Program-made: the position numbers and the translations under genes | Notes under the pieces: generated by a model | What the model saw: only the letters and a program-made list of their open reading frames with translations | Database searches by the model: none | What the model was told of the DNA's origin: nothing | Shown here: one piece after another, positions 9,598 to 19,041 of the stretch | Numbering within the stretch: the first letter of the stretch is position 1 | Layout of the letters: every line of letters starts with the position of its first letter | DNA from: an uncultured Bacteroidales bacterium | Lineage (GTDB): Bacteria > Bacteroidota > Bacteroidia > Bacteroidales > UBA3663 | Assembly (NCBI GenBank): GCA_905235375.1 | Contig: CAJOLH010000040.1 | Location: 9,028-73,027, forward strand | Direction of reading: 5' to 3' | Length of the DNA: 64,000 nucleotides

Positions 9598-9629
9598 CGC
9601 TGCTATTTATGTGTATTTGAGTATAGGAT

Positions 9630-10430
9630 TTATTTCATGTTGTATGTGTGTACGCTCTTGCCTTGGGCCGATGGGAGATAGTTGATGCCCCACCAGCACA
9701 TCTGCAGGCAACAGAAACTGATGATGACCATGAAGATGGCCACCTTGCCACGGAAGGCATTGCTCGATAATTGCCGATAATGGATATAAACGAGGTAGGA
9801 GAGCCAAGTGATACCAGCCCATGTCTCCTTGGGATCCCATGCCCAGTAGTGCCCCCATGCCTCTTTGGCCCAAAGAGCACCAAAGAGCATACCAATGGTC
9901 ATGAACGAGAGCCCTACATAAGCGAGGTTGTCGAGCATGGCCCAGATATTCTCATCGTCGCGTTTCTCAGGGACGAAGAGCAGGTAGAGGGCTACAGCAA
10001 GGGCTGCACCAAAGAGGGCATAGCAGAACATATAGACGATGACATGTGGGGCAAACCAGGGACTCTGCAAAGCGGGCATCAACGTGGTGTCATGCACTTC
10101 AGGCTTGAAGAGATTGACACAAATGAAGACGAGAGCGAGGATGGTCGAAAAGGAAAGAATCCAGCGATATTTCCATCGACTCCATGTGATGATGCCGGCC
10201 ACGGGGAGAAAGAACGAATACCAGAGACGCGTCTCGCCCATGGTGCGCAAGGGTGGACGCTCAAGGCTGATCCATAGGCCGCAGATGAAGGCGAAGAAGA
10301 GGGCTATGCCGAGCAGGGTGAAGGTGGCAGTGAGCGTCTTCTTCTCGCGGAAGGAGTAATAGGTGCCAAGTGCCCACAGCAATACCGAGGGGATGGCGAA
10401 ATAGGGGAAGTGTTGCCAGGAGAGGAGCAT
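9630..10430 (-). CDS. ccsA: Cytochrome c biogenesis protein CcsA (system II heme lyase subunit)
   Basis: 266 aa, polytopic, with the WWD motif WGHYWAWDPKETWAGITWLSY. It starts 2 nt after the stop of the ccsB-like gene. Confidence 0.9.
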   Translation of the reverse strand: MLLSWQHFPYFAIPSVLLWALGTYYSFREKKTLTATFTLLGIALFFAFICGLWISLERPPLRTMGETRLWYSFFLPVAGIITWSRWKYRWILSFSTILALVFICVNLFKPEVHDTTLMPALQSPWFAPHVIVYMFCYALFGAALAVALYLLFVPEKRDDENIWAMLDNLAYVGLSFMTIGMLFGALWAKEAWGHYWAWDPKETWAGITWLSYLVYIHYRQLSSNAFRGKVAIFMVIISFCCLQMCWWGINYLPSAQGKSVHTYNMK

Positions 10431-10432
10431 GG

Positions 10433-11647
10433 CTATTTTTTCTTATTTCCGGCGGTGATGAAGGTGAGAACTGCGCCTGCGAGCATCATGTAGATGCCTA
10501 AATACACCCAAGGGAGCCAAGGGTCGCTGACAAGTTCGAACACGGAGGTGTCGGACCATCGTCCAAGAGCCGTATCGTAGGAGACCTGATAGATTTTCCA
10601 TCCGTCGATTTCGAGGGGCTTATTGACCTCAATGATGCCATCTGTCTTTTGGTTGTTGCCCATATAGACGGTGACACTGGAAGCGTATCTCTTTGGCTCG
10701 CGTTCGGGCATCACAACGCTATAGAGTGAATCGAGACGCAGCGCCCTGTTAGGGAACATGAAACTGCCGCAGCTTACCCAGCCCTGTTTCGTATCGAGAG
10801 GTTCACTCTTTGCATCGGCTGCCTCCTTGGCAGAAGCATATCGGATGGCTGTGATGAACGCTGCAGTACAGGCTCCCATCGAATGCCATTCGACATAGCG
10901 GTCCATATCCTGATTGCCGAGCGAGTCCTTGCGCCCATAGACGATGGCAGCATACTCCCAGATGCTATCTTGTCGAATCACCCATGGACTATCGTTGATG
11001 GTCATATCGGTCTCATTGTCGATGACCACATACTTGGGAGGGTATTCGTCGATTATGAAGTCATGCAGTTCGATGGACAAAGGCAGTTCGACGATTTTTG
11101 GAGGCATCTGTGTGCCCGTTAAATCGATGGCTCGACATTCGGGCTGACCGACTTTGGCTGTGAGTCTGCACTTCTGCATGTCGGCATTTCCAAGGGCGGC
11201 GCAAACCATCGCCATGAAAAGACCGAGATGATTGCAGATGAAGCAGAGGTTACTGACGATGCTTCCCTGCGAGAAGTGCAGGATGCGACGAATGGTGATA
11301 AGGCCGAGAATGTTCATCAGCCAAAAATAGACCAATATGAACGGCCACGAACGAAGCATCATGTCCCAACCGGTTAGCCCCAGCAGCAAAGTGACAAGGA
11401 CACCATAGGCCAGAGCTGGGACTGCGGCATAGATGGTCATCGTCCATTCTATGACATAAACGTGCTTGCGCACGGCATAGAGGATGCCGAGCACAAGCAC
11501 ATAAATAGCCAGAAGAATTGTATTGAATGGATATTCGAGCAACCTCCAATCGATAGGACCGATGGTGAACTGCAACATCAGACCCATAAGTATGAGTCCT
11601 GTTCCTATAGCGAAACCTTCGGCGAATTTCCAGGGTTTAGACCACAC
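10433..11647 (-). CDS. ccsB: ResB/CcsB-like cytochrome c biogenesis membrane protein
   Basis: 404 aa with N-terminal TM helices, a large periplasmic domain and a C-terminal TM, directly upstream of ccsA. The GTG start is uncertain. Confidence 0.7.
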   Translation of the reverse strand: MWSKPWKFAEGFAIGTGLILMGLMLQFTIGPIDWRLLEYPFNTILLAIYVLVLGILYAVRKHVYVIEWTMTIYAAVPALAYGVLVTLLLGLTGWDMMLRSWPFILVYFWLMNILGLITIRRILHFSQGSIVSNLCFICNHLGLFMAMVCAALGNADMQKCRLTAKVGQPECRAIDLTGTQMPPKIVELPLSIELHDFIIDEYPPKYVVIDNETDMTINDSPWVIRQDSIWEYAAIVYGRKDSLGNQDMDRYVEWHSMGACTAAFITAIRYASAKEAADAKSEPLDTKQGWVSCGSFMFPNRALRLDSLYSVVMPEREPKRYASSVTVYMGNNQKTDGIIEVNKPLEIDGWKIYQVSYDTALGRWSDTSVFELVSDPWLPWVYLGIYMMLAGAVLTFITAGNKKK

Positions 11648-11690
11648 AATAATAAATATCGGAAGATAATAGAACCAGAAATTAGTTCAT

Positions 11691-13922
11691 TTATTCGGCA
11701 GTAAACTGGAGGACGCGGCTCGCCCAATCGTTGAGTTTATTGTAGTCAACGTCGTGGGTGTATGGCATTTCAAGACCCGTCTGCATAAGGAATGCTCCGC
11801 TGTAGGATTTGCCTTCGCAGGGCAATGGTTTGTTGTCGATGCGATTGAGTTCATGCACGGTGTAATACTTGTCGGGGTCGAGACCTGCCATCTTGATGCA
11901 AGGCACATGCTGGTTTCTGAATGTCTCAAGTTTCCACCAGAAGAAGACAGCCCGCTGCTTGTCCTTGCTGACGTACATCAACGAGGCAAGGTTGTCGCCA
12001 GCGTAAGGAGAATGGAGGCGATAGAGGTCGCCGAACTGGATGACAGGGCGCACGCGCTTGTAGTCGGTGATGACCTGGCGGCAGAATGCCTTCTCGTCGT
12101 CGGTCATGTTCTTGGGCTGTATCTCCATGCCGAGACGACCCGACATGGCCACATCGCAGCGATATTTGAGCGAAGTGGTGCGGAACACGGCATGGTTGGG
12201 CACAGCCGAGATGTGGGAAGCCATGGCAATGGCAGGGAAGAAGTACGATGTGCCCCACTGCAAAAAGATGCGCTGCAGGCCATCGGTGTTATCGCTCACC
12301 CAGAACTCGTCGAAGTAGGGGAGCAGTCCATAGTTGGCGCGTCCACCACCCGAAGCACAGTCCTGAATGACGACATCGGGGTATTTTGCGCGAATGCGCT
12401 GGCAGAGCTGGATAAGTGCTTCGTGATATTTGATGTAGAGGTGGCTCTGTTCGTCCATCGGCAGATATTGGCTGCCATGGTTCATCACCGGAGCGTTGGC
12501 ATCCCACTTGATGTAGGCAATCTCGGGGTAGTTGCTGAGCAGGTTGTCGAAGATGCTGAAGACGAAATCCTGCACCTTGGGGTTGGTGAGGTCGAGGACG
12601 ACCTGTGTACCGCCGCGTCCCTGCACAGGTTCGCGGCCTGGTGCCTTGATGATCCAATCGGGATGTGCCTCGTAGAGTTCGGAAACGGTGTTGGCCATCT
12701 CTGGTTCGATCCAGATGCCGAACTTCACGCCGTTCTTCTTGGCATCGCGCAGCAAGCCGGGGATGCCATCGGGGAGTTTGCGTGTATCGACCACCCAGTC
12801 GCCGAGCGAGGAGTTGTCGATGTTGCGGGGATACTTGCCGCCGAACCATCCGTCATCCATCACGAAGAGCTCGCCTCCCATCGAAGCGATGTCCTTCATC
12901 ATCTGGTCCATGCCTTCCTGGTTGATGTTGAAATAGACACCCTCCCAGGAGTTGAGAAGTATCATACGCTCCTGGTCGGCATGGCGCAACTGATATTTGC
13001 GTGCCCAGTCGTGGAAGGCTTGGGTTGCTCCGTTGGTGCCGCGTGTGCTGTAGGTGTAGGCGGAATGTGGAGTGGTGAATGTTTCGCCACGCTTGAGGTG
13101 GTATTCGCTGTTGTCGGGGTTGATGCCGGCGAAGTACTGGTGATAGTCCGACTCGTCCGTGTCGATAGTGATGCGGAAGTTGCCGCTGTAGCAAAGGGCA
13201 GCACCGATGACATTGCCTTCGTTCTCGCGAGCAGGGCCGTCGAGCGAAAGCATAATTTCGTTGCGGTCGGTAGCGGCATTGCGCACTCCATCCTTGTTCT
13301 TGACCTCAGCAAGGCCATTGGCAAGAGGCAGTTCGATGAGCTGTGCCTCGTTGGCCCAAGCCCCGTTGAAGTGGGTCCAATACACGTTGCCACGGCGTAC
13401 GGGAAGCAGGGGATTGTAGAACTGTGTGAGGGTGACGGTCTTCTTCTCGCCGTTGGTGATGTCGGTCCACGACTCGATCATATCTACATCATCGTAGGCA
13501 AGATAGTAGAGGTTGACCGCGATGGGGTAGAGCGGGTCGCGAAGTGTGATGGTGAGGAGCTGGCCTGTGCGCTTGGCACCATTGGGGGCAAGGTCGTTGA
13601 CATTGCTTTCGTTCCATGTGTCGATAAGCATCTGGGTGGACATGTTGCCATCGGCATGACGCATGGCCAGACAGACCTCGTTCTGCGTGTGTGTGGCACC
13701 GTAGGCGGGATAGAGGTCGGAACGACTCCCGTTGGCATTGTTGGCTTTCTCAAGATTCTCGATGTCCTGCGATTTGAGAGCGGGACCATAGTAGAGGAAC
13801 TGAGGTTCGGCACCCTTGTTGAGTTCGATGACGAAACTGTTGTTCGGGGTGCGGAGTTCCACCTTGTCGGCAAGTGCCATCGCAGGAACGAGGCTCAGAA
13901 ACAGGAGGAGGGAATTTTTCAT
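11691..13922 (-). CDS. GH36 alpha-galactosidase (secreted/periplasmic)
   Basis: FVMDDGWFGGKYPR and KWDANAP motifs typical of GH36. I prefer the start at MKNSLLLFLSLVPAMALA (ATG 13922), which forms an ATGA overlap with the upstream stop. The track's 13997 start adds a non-signal extension. Confidence 0.88.
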   Translation of the reverse strand: MKNSLLLFLSLVPAMALADKVELRTPNNSFVIELNKGAEPQFLYYGPALKSQDIENLEKANNANGSRSDLYPAYGATHTQNEVCLAMRHADGNMSTQMLIDTWNESNVNDLAPNGAKRTGQLLTITLRDPLYPIAVNLYYLAYDDVDMIESWTDITNGEKKTVTLTQFYNPLLPVRRGNVYWTHFNGAWANEAQLIELPLANGLAEVKNKDGVRNAATDRNEIMLSLDGPARENEGNVIGAALCYSGNFRITIDTDESDYHQYFAGINPDNSEYHLKRGETFTTPHSAYTYSTRGTNGATQAFHDWARKYQLRHADQERMILLNSWEGVYFNINQEGMDQMMKDIASMGGELFVMDDGWFGGKYPRNIDNSSLGDWVVDTRKLPDGIPGLLRDAKKNGVKFGIWIEPEMANTVSELYEAHPDWIIKAPGREPVQGRGGTQVVLDLTNPKVQDFVFSIFDNLLSNYPEIAYIKWDANAPVMNHGSQYLPMDEQSHLYIKYHEALIQLCQRIRAKYPDVVIQDCASGGGRANYGLLPYFDEFWVSDNTDGLQRIFLQWGTSYFFPAIAMASHISAVPNHAVFRTTSLKYRCDVAMSGRLGMEIQPKNMTDDEKAFCRQVITDYKRVRPVIQFGDLYRLHSPYAGDNLASLMYVSKDKQRAVFFWWKLETFRNQHVPCIKMAGLDPDKYYTVHELNRIDNKPLPCEGKSYSGAFLMQTGLEMPYTHDVDYNKLNDWASRVLQFTAE

Positions 13923-15202
13923 AGGGGATGTGGTGTTGTGAGGGGAAACTTTCTTTCGATGATTTCGAGGCACATTCGTGTATTGTGGTAGGGGCATTTC
14001 CAGAATCCGGCGTGATCGTCCTTGAGGTTAATGTTGCCTTGGGGATCGCGGCTCCAGTACCATTCGCCGTTCTTCCAGTCGATGAGGTTTTCCTTGATGT
14101 ACTGCCAGCAGCGTAGGCCGTGCTGTAGGGCATCGGTGTCGCCAAAGTGCTGGTAGATGTTGAGGAACCCCACGACGGCTTCGGCCTGTACCCACCAATG
14201 ACGATCGGCATCGACATGACCGGTATCGAGGTTGGCCTCATGGGTCATCGAACCGTCGGCGTTGAGTCCCTTTTCGCTTGCCTTGGCAACAAGGCGGACG
14301 ATGGGTTCCACCTTCTGGAGCACCTGCTTGTCGCCAAGGACGAGAGCGGCTTCATGCATGAGCCAGGAACATTCGATGTCATGACCGTAGCTTTCGAGCC
14401 AACCTGCACCGCGTGTCCAATCCATGTCGAAGAAGAGGTCGAGGTGGTGGGTCGCGGGATTGAGAATCTTGTCGCAGAAGATGTCGATGAGTTGGCGCAG
14501 CGACTTTTCGACGCGAAGGTAAACCTCACTCCAGCCTTCCTCGGTAGGGAGGGGGCAGGGCCGTTCCTTCATCAGTTCGGGTCGTTCCTGCATCAAGCGG
14601 AAGAGGTTGGTATAAGGTTCGAGGATGTGGAGGTGGGTGTTCTGCGACTTGGGATAGTTGGCATCGAGGTCGGAGAGACGCATATCTGCTATTGTGCCCC
14701 ACTCGCGTGTGCAGGCTTCGATGTAACCGCCAAATTGTGGGTCCCAACTATGCTGCTCAATGCAGTCGTAGAGTCGGATGGCATAGTCAAAAGCCTCTGA
14801 GTCACCTGTGGCACGGGCATATTCGGAGAGGCCGTAGATGACAAAGCCGATGGCATAGAACTGCTTCTTGGTGTCGAGGGGATTGCCTTTGGCATCAAGG
14901 CACCAGTAAGCTCCGCCATGCTCTTTGTCGATAAAGTGTTCGAGGATATAGTCTTTGGCACGTGTAGCAGCCATCAGATAGTCAGGTTTGCGGAGCACGC
15001 GATAGGCGGCCGAAAAACTCCAAAGGATGCGTGCATTCAGGATACAACCCTTGTCCGCTTCGGGCACCAAGGTGCCATCGCCTCGCATCCTACCGTAGAA
15101 ACCTCGTCGGCTGCGGTCTTGCATCCGATCGAACCAGAATGACAGGATGTTGTGCTCAACAACATCCTGCATTTCGGCCTTGATTTGCGCAATCTCGGTC
15201 AT
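13919..15202 (-). CDS. AGE-family cellobiose/mannobiose 2-epimerase
   Basis: 427 aa with SYGHDIECSWL, WWVQAEAVVGF and FWKCPYHNTRMC motifs, matching my recollection of cellobiose 2-epimerases. It sits in a GH26-GH130-symporter-epimerase block. Confidence 0.85.
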   Translation of the reverse strand: MTEIAQIKAEMQDVVEHNILSFWFDRMQDRSRRGFYGRMRGDGTLVPEADKGCILNARILWSFSAAYRVLRKPDYLMAATRAKDYILEHFIDKEHGGAYWCLDAKGNPLDTKKQFYAIGFVIYGLSEYARATGDSEAFDYAIRLYDCIEQHSWDPQFGGYIEACTREWGTIADMRLSDLDANYPKSQNTHLHILEPYTNLFRLMQERPELMKERPCPLPTEEGWSEVYLRVEKSLRQLIDIFCDKILNPATHHLDLFFDMDWTRGAGWLESYGHDIECSWLMHEAALVLGDKQVLQKVEPIVRLVAKASEKGLNADGSMTHEANLDTGHVDADRHWWVQAEAVVGFLNIYQHFGDTDALQHGLRCWQYIKENLIDWKNGEWYWSRDPQGNINLKDDHAGFWKCPYHNTRMCLEIIERKFPLTTPHPL

Positions 15203-15204
15203 GA

Positions 15205-16585
15205 CTATTTCCTGATGGGGTATTTATAGAGAAGGTAGAGCATGATGAGAATGATGGCAGCAGGGAAGAGCGAGAACAGCGCCCAGATCATTGACCTCAC
15301 CGACTCGATGTCGGAGATGGTGACAACGGTCTGCCCTGTGGCAGGATCGGTGCCCGACACAAAGCCGGAGAAGCCAAGCAGGAGTGCCACAAGGGAGCCG
15401 GAGATGGCTGTGCCGAACTTCTGCGCCATGGTGCCAGAGGAGAAGATGAGGCCTGTGGAAGACGTGCCGTTTTTCTCGGTTGCGTAATCGGCCACATCGG
15501 CATACATCGACCAAAGCAGGGGCGAATAGAGGCCAATGCCTATCGAAGTGAGTATAACGATTGCGATGAGTGCCCAGATGTAGGCAGGATCCTGGGGAAC
15601 GAAGAAGAAGAGTGTGGAGAAGATGGCACAGATGATGGCTGCCACGGTGAAAGCCTTGCGCTTGGATCCCATCCACTGGGTGAACTTGGGCGATAGACCG
15701 CCGAAAATCATACAGGTGACCTCTCCAAAGGTCATGAACACGGTGTAGTTGATGATGAGTCCACTTACGGTGACATCACCATGGAGACAGTATTCCATCA
15801 GATAACCTGCCACGGCATAACGGAAACCATTGAAGAAGTTGGTGCAGATGCCAATGAGGGTGAGGTAGATCCAGGGTTTGTTCTTGAACAGATCGGCGAA
15901 CGGCTTGAACGAGAATTTCTCTGCCCTGACGGGTTTCAGCCTCTCTTTGGTGAGTAGCCCGCAAGCCAATGTGCCTGCAGCAGCGATTATGCCAAAGATG
16001 GCACCGATGACAGCATATTGATGCTGTTTGGCTGCGATGGTATAAGTGCCGTCGGCAGGCAAGTTTTTCACCACCAATCAATTCGATAATGTAGGGGAAT
16101 GTGAACAGCGTGATGAAGCCCATGGCATAGGCTCCGACCATGCGGTAGGAAGAGAACTGGTTCTTCTCGTTGTCATCGTTGGTCATTACGCCGAGCAGCG
16201 AGCCGTAGGGAACGTTGACCGCCGTGTACATGGCCATCATCAGCAGGTAGAGCGAGTAAGCATAGATGCGCTTGCCCACGGGACCAAATTCGGGCGTGAA
16301 GAGCAGCAGGGCGAAGATGAGGCCGAAGGGGATGGCGCCGAAGATGAGCCAGGGGCGATAGGTGCCCCAGCGTGACTGTGTGCGGTCGGCGAGACTGCCC
16401 ATCAGCGGATCGGTAACCACGTCGAACATACGGGCGATGAGCATCAGCGTGGCCGTGTCGGCTACGGTGAGGCCAAATACGTTGGTGAAGAAGAGGGGGA
16501 AGGCGATGGACATGATTTTCCATGTGATGCCGCCAGCCGCTGCATCACCCAGGGCATAGCCGATTTTTTCTTTGAGTGTTGCCAT
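15205..16585 (-). pseudogene. GPH-family (MelB-like) glycoside:cation symporter, split by a frameshift
   Basis: ORF 15776-16585 reads as a good transporter up to ...FPYIIELIGGEK and then becomes nonsense. ORF 15205-16077 resumes as VVKNLPADGTYTIAAKQ... in another frame. The junction is at the T5 run 16064-16068; removing one T restores ...IIELIGGENLPADGTY... Confidence 0.8.
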
Positions 16586-16590
16586 AAGGT

Positions 16591-16630
16591 ATTAATTAAC
16601 AAATAACAATTAACAAATAACAATTAATAA
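16591..16630. repeat. AT-rich heptamer array filling the GH130-symporter spacer
   Basis: The sense (minus) strand reads AATTATT AATTGTT ATTTGTT AATTGTT ATTTGTT AATTAAT, ending 5 nt before the symporter ATG. Confidence 0.8.
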
Positions 16631-17857
16631 TTATTGCTGGTTTAGGAAGGCGAGGTTGCGGTCGATGAGACGGTTGCGCGTCTTGACGCTATCGCCAGTG
16701 GTGAACTTGTCGCTTGGCGTGTTCATGCAGTAATCGACAAGCTGGCCGATGGTTGAAGTGGCTACGTGCAGGCGTGTGTCGGACGAAGCATAATAGATAA
16801 ATACCTTGTCATCCGTTTGGTGCATGTCGGCTCCTGTGCCGCCATCAGCAATCCAACCATTTGCAAAGAGAACGTTCATGACATCGCCGATATACTCCTC
16901 ATCCTTGGGCACCATAAATGCACCGCCGGGTTGAGCAATGACACGAGTGGGATCGTCGAGCGCGGTCATATACATATATAATACGTAGCGCAAGCCTGAG
17001 GCGCAACCGCGTACGCCATGAGCCAGATGAAGCCAACCCTTTGGAGTCTTGAAGGGATGAGGACCTTCCCCATTCTTCACTTCCATGATGGTGTGGTAAT
17101 GACGGGCATTGATGATCTTCTCTTCCTTCACTTCGGCATGTGTGATGTCATCGATGAGTGCCCAACCGATGCCGCCACCCGAACCAGCGTCGATGAATCC
17201 GTCCTGCGGACGTGTGTATAGGGCATACTTACCATCGACAAACTCAGGATGCAGCACGACGTTGCGCTGCTGGGAATTGGAGCGCAGGTCGGGCAGACGC
17301 TCCCAGTTCACAAGGTCTTTGGTGCGGGCAATGCCGCAGGTGGCGGTGGCTGCGCTGAGGTCGCCTGGCTGACTGTCGTCGTGACGCTCTACGCAGAAGA
17401 GGCCGTAGATCCAGCCGTCCTCATGCCGGGTGAGACGCATATCATAGACGTTGGTGGCTGGAGCGTCGAGACCGGGCAGACAGCTCCCTTCGGGAGCCTC
17501 CGGCAGGGTGATGGGATGATTCCAGAAGCGGAAGTTGTCGATACCGTTGGGTGATTCGGCTACGGCGAAGAACGACTTGCGGTCATCGCCTTCGACACGC
17601 ACCACCACGACGTACTTGTCGCCCCACTTGATGGCACCGGCATTGAAGGTGGCATTGACACCGATGCGCTCCATGAAGAATGGATTGGTCTCGGGGTTGT
17701 AATCGTAGCGCCAAAGAAGTGGTGCATGAGCAGCTGTGACAATGGGGTATTCATAGCGATTGATGATGCCATTGCCCTCGATGGGGGTGTTCCTGCGGCT
17801 TATGAGGGCTTCGTATTGTGCCTCGATCAAGGCCTTGCGTTCTTCGAAGTTCATCAT
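16631..17857 (-). CDS. GH130 4-O-beta-D-mannosyl-D-glucose (beta-mannoside) phosphorylase
   Basis: 408 aa starting [40 protein letters not shown]..., with the GH130 five-bladed propeller pattern. Gene context matches the Bacteroides fragilis mannan operon. ATGATGA overlap with the upstream gene. Confidence 0.88.
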   Translation of the reverse strand: MMNFEERKALIEAQYEALISRRNTPIEGNGIINRYEYPIVTAAHAPLLWRYDYNPETNPFFMERIGVNATFNAGAIKWGDKYVVVVRVEGDDRKSFFAVAESPNGIDNFRFWNHPITLPEAPEGSCLPGLDAPATNVYDMRLTRHEDGWIYGLFCVERHDDSQPGDLSAATATCGIARTKDLVNWERLPDLRSNSQQRNVVLHPEFVDGKYALYTRPQDGFIDAGSGGGIGWALIDDITHAEVKEEKIINARHYHTIMEVKNGEGPHPFKTPKGWLHLAHGVRGCASGLRYVLYMYMTALDDPTRVIAQPGGAFMVPKDEEYIGDVMNVLFANGWIADGGTGADMHQTDDKVFIYYASSDTRLHVATSTIGQLVDYCMNTPSDKFTTGDSVKTRNRLIDRNLAFLNQQ

Positions 17858-18945
17858 TGTAAATCCTTTAGGAAAAGCGTATTGGGTTGGGCATAGAAGT
17901 TCTTGAAGTCGTCGGCAGTGTTCGCATCTTTCGAAGCTCCGAAGTGTCCGTCAGGCCAGTTGCGCCATGGCAGGAAATAACTTGGCAGATAGGCTTGGTC
18001 GATGATGGGCTTGAAGATGCGCGTCCACCAGTCGGCGACAGGGGAGTTCTGCATTCCACATTCGGTCACGGCAAATATCTTTCCATGTTCCTTGGCATAA
18101 TTGCTGAGGAAGAGGATGTCGGAGGTAGCCTGACGGATGAAATCTTCCTCGGTCTCGATGCTCCATTGATAGCAGTCTTCGCCCACCAGGTCAATGATGT
18201 CGTCACCTGGCCAGCGAGAGAGGAAAGCCGCTTCGGTCCAGTTGCCTTGCAGATTGGGCGAGCAGCTCCAGACGATGTTGGTGGGAAGTTGCTGGGCGAT
18301 GTGGTCGTGGGTCATGCGGAAGAACGCCTTGAACTCATCATCGCTGCAAAGTTTTTGACCCCACCAGAACCAGGAGCCATTGTATTCGTGCCAAAGGCGC
18401 AGGATGATGGGCATGGGCGAACCATCCTTGTAGGTGATGGTCTTGAGGAATGTCGTGACGGAGTTGAGCCAGCCTATGAACTTCTCATGCTGCTCGCCGC
18501 CAGGCAAGACATTGTGGATGACGGTTGTGTCGGAAACGTCCCATGCCGTGCTGCCGGTTCGCGGATTGCGTGGATGCCAGCTGAAGGTGATGATGCCACC
18601 GCGCTCAACGTGCTTGATAGCCTCTTCGCGTATCCAGACGAAAGGCACGGAGTCGAGGTTCTTGGCATCGCCCATCTCTATGCCTCCAAGGTCGAAGCCC
18701 ATGATGGCGGGATAGTCGCCTACGAGTTCGTAGGTGTCGGAGCGTCCGTGTTCCCATTGCCATGTGATGCCATAAAACGGGTCGTCCTGATGGCCATACA
18801 TATAGCCTTGCTGACGAAGATTGTCGAGACGTGTGATGAGACCCTGGGCGGGAGTAGCTTGTGCCTCGCTGTCTGTCTGCGCCTTCTTGCCGCAGGAGAC
18901 CATCAGTGTTAATGCCAAAGAGGCGAGAAGAAGAATGTTTTTCAT
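17854..18945 (-). CDS. GH26 endo-beta-1,4-mannanase lipoprotein
   Basis: Lipobox LTLMVSC. GH26 signature [14 protein letters not shown] and the later VTECG nucleophile region. Confidence 0.85.
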   Translation of the reverse strand: MKNILLLASLALTLMVSCGKKAQTDSEAQATPAQGLITRLDNLRQQGYMYGHQDDPFYGITWQWEHGRSDTYELVGDYPAIMGFDLGGIEMGDAKNLDSVPFVWIREEAIKHVERGGIITFSWHPRNPRTGSTAWDVSDTTVIHNVLPGGEQHEKFIGWLNSVTTFLKTITYKDGSPMPIILRLWHEYNGSWFWWGQKLCSDDEFKAFFRMTHDHIAQQLPTNIVWSCSPNLQGNWTEAAFLSRWPGDDIIDLVGEDCYQWSIETEEDFIRQATSDILFLSNYAKEHGKIFAVTECGMQNSPVADWWTRIFKPIIDQAYLPSYFLPWRNWPDGHFGASKDANTADDFKNFYAQPNTLFLKDLQ

Positions 18946-18972
18946 ATTATTGGGGGATTTCGTTGTCTTGGG

Positions 18973-19020
18973 ATTCCGATATTCCGAAATTCCGTTATCC
19001 CGTTATATCGGAATTCCGAA
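18973..19020. repeat. Six 8-bp tandem units (ATTCCGAT ATTCCGAA ATTCCGTT ATCCCGTT ATATCGGA ATTCCGAA) containing the TCGGAATTCCGA palindrome
   Basis: Read directly in the GH94-GH26 spacer. Confidence 0.85.
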
Positions 19021-19041
19021 ATAATCAGAATAAAGAAAACT

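Noticed and set aside
9630-11690. An expectation that ccsB/ccsA would be part of an nrfHA nitrite reductase operon.
   Set aside because: No pentaheme or tetraheme ORF is adjacent. The upstream neighbour is the GH36 gene, so no nrf call was made.
11754-13991. A 745-aa plus-strand ORF covering the whole GH36 gene in antisense.
   Set aside because: This is a shadow ORF. Its translation is V/G/D/A/H-rich with no recognisable motif, whereas the opposite strand carries unmistakable GH36 motifs. Long stop-free antisense frames are expected from the codon bias here.
13923-13997. 5' extensions of track ORFs: GH36 from 13997, GH5 from 49394, SusC from 32311, SusD from 29023/43011, and the lipoprotein from 32450.
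   Set aside because: Internal ATGs give canonical signal or lipoprotein peptides. The extensions overlap upstream genes or contain the TAnnTTTG promoter box, and several use TTG starts.
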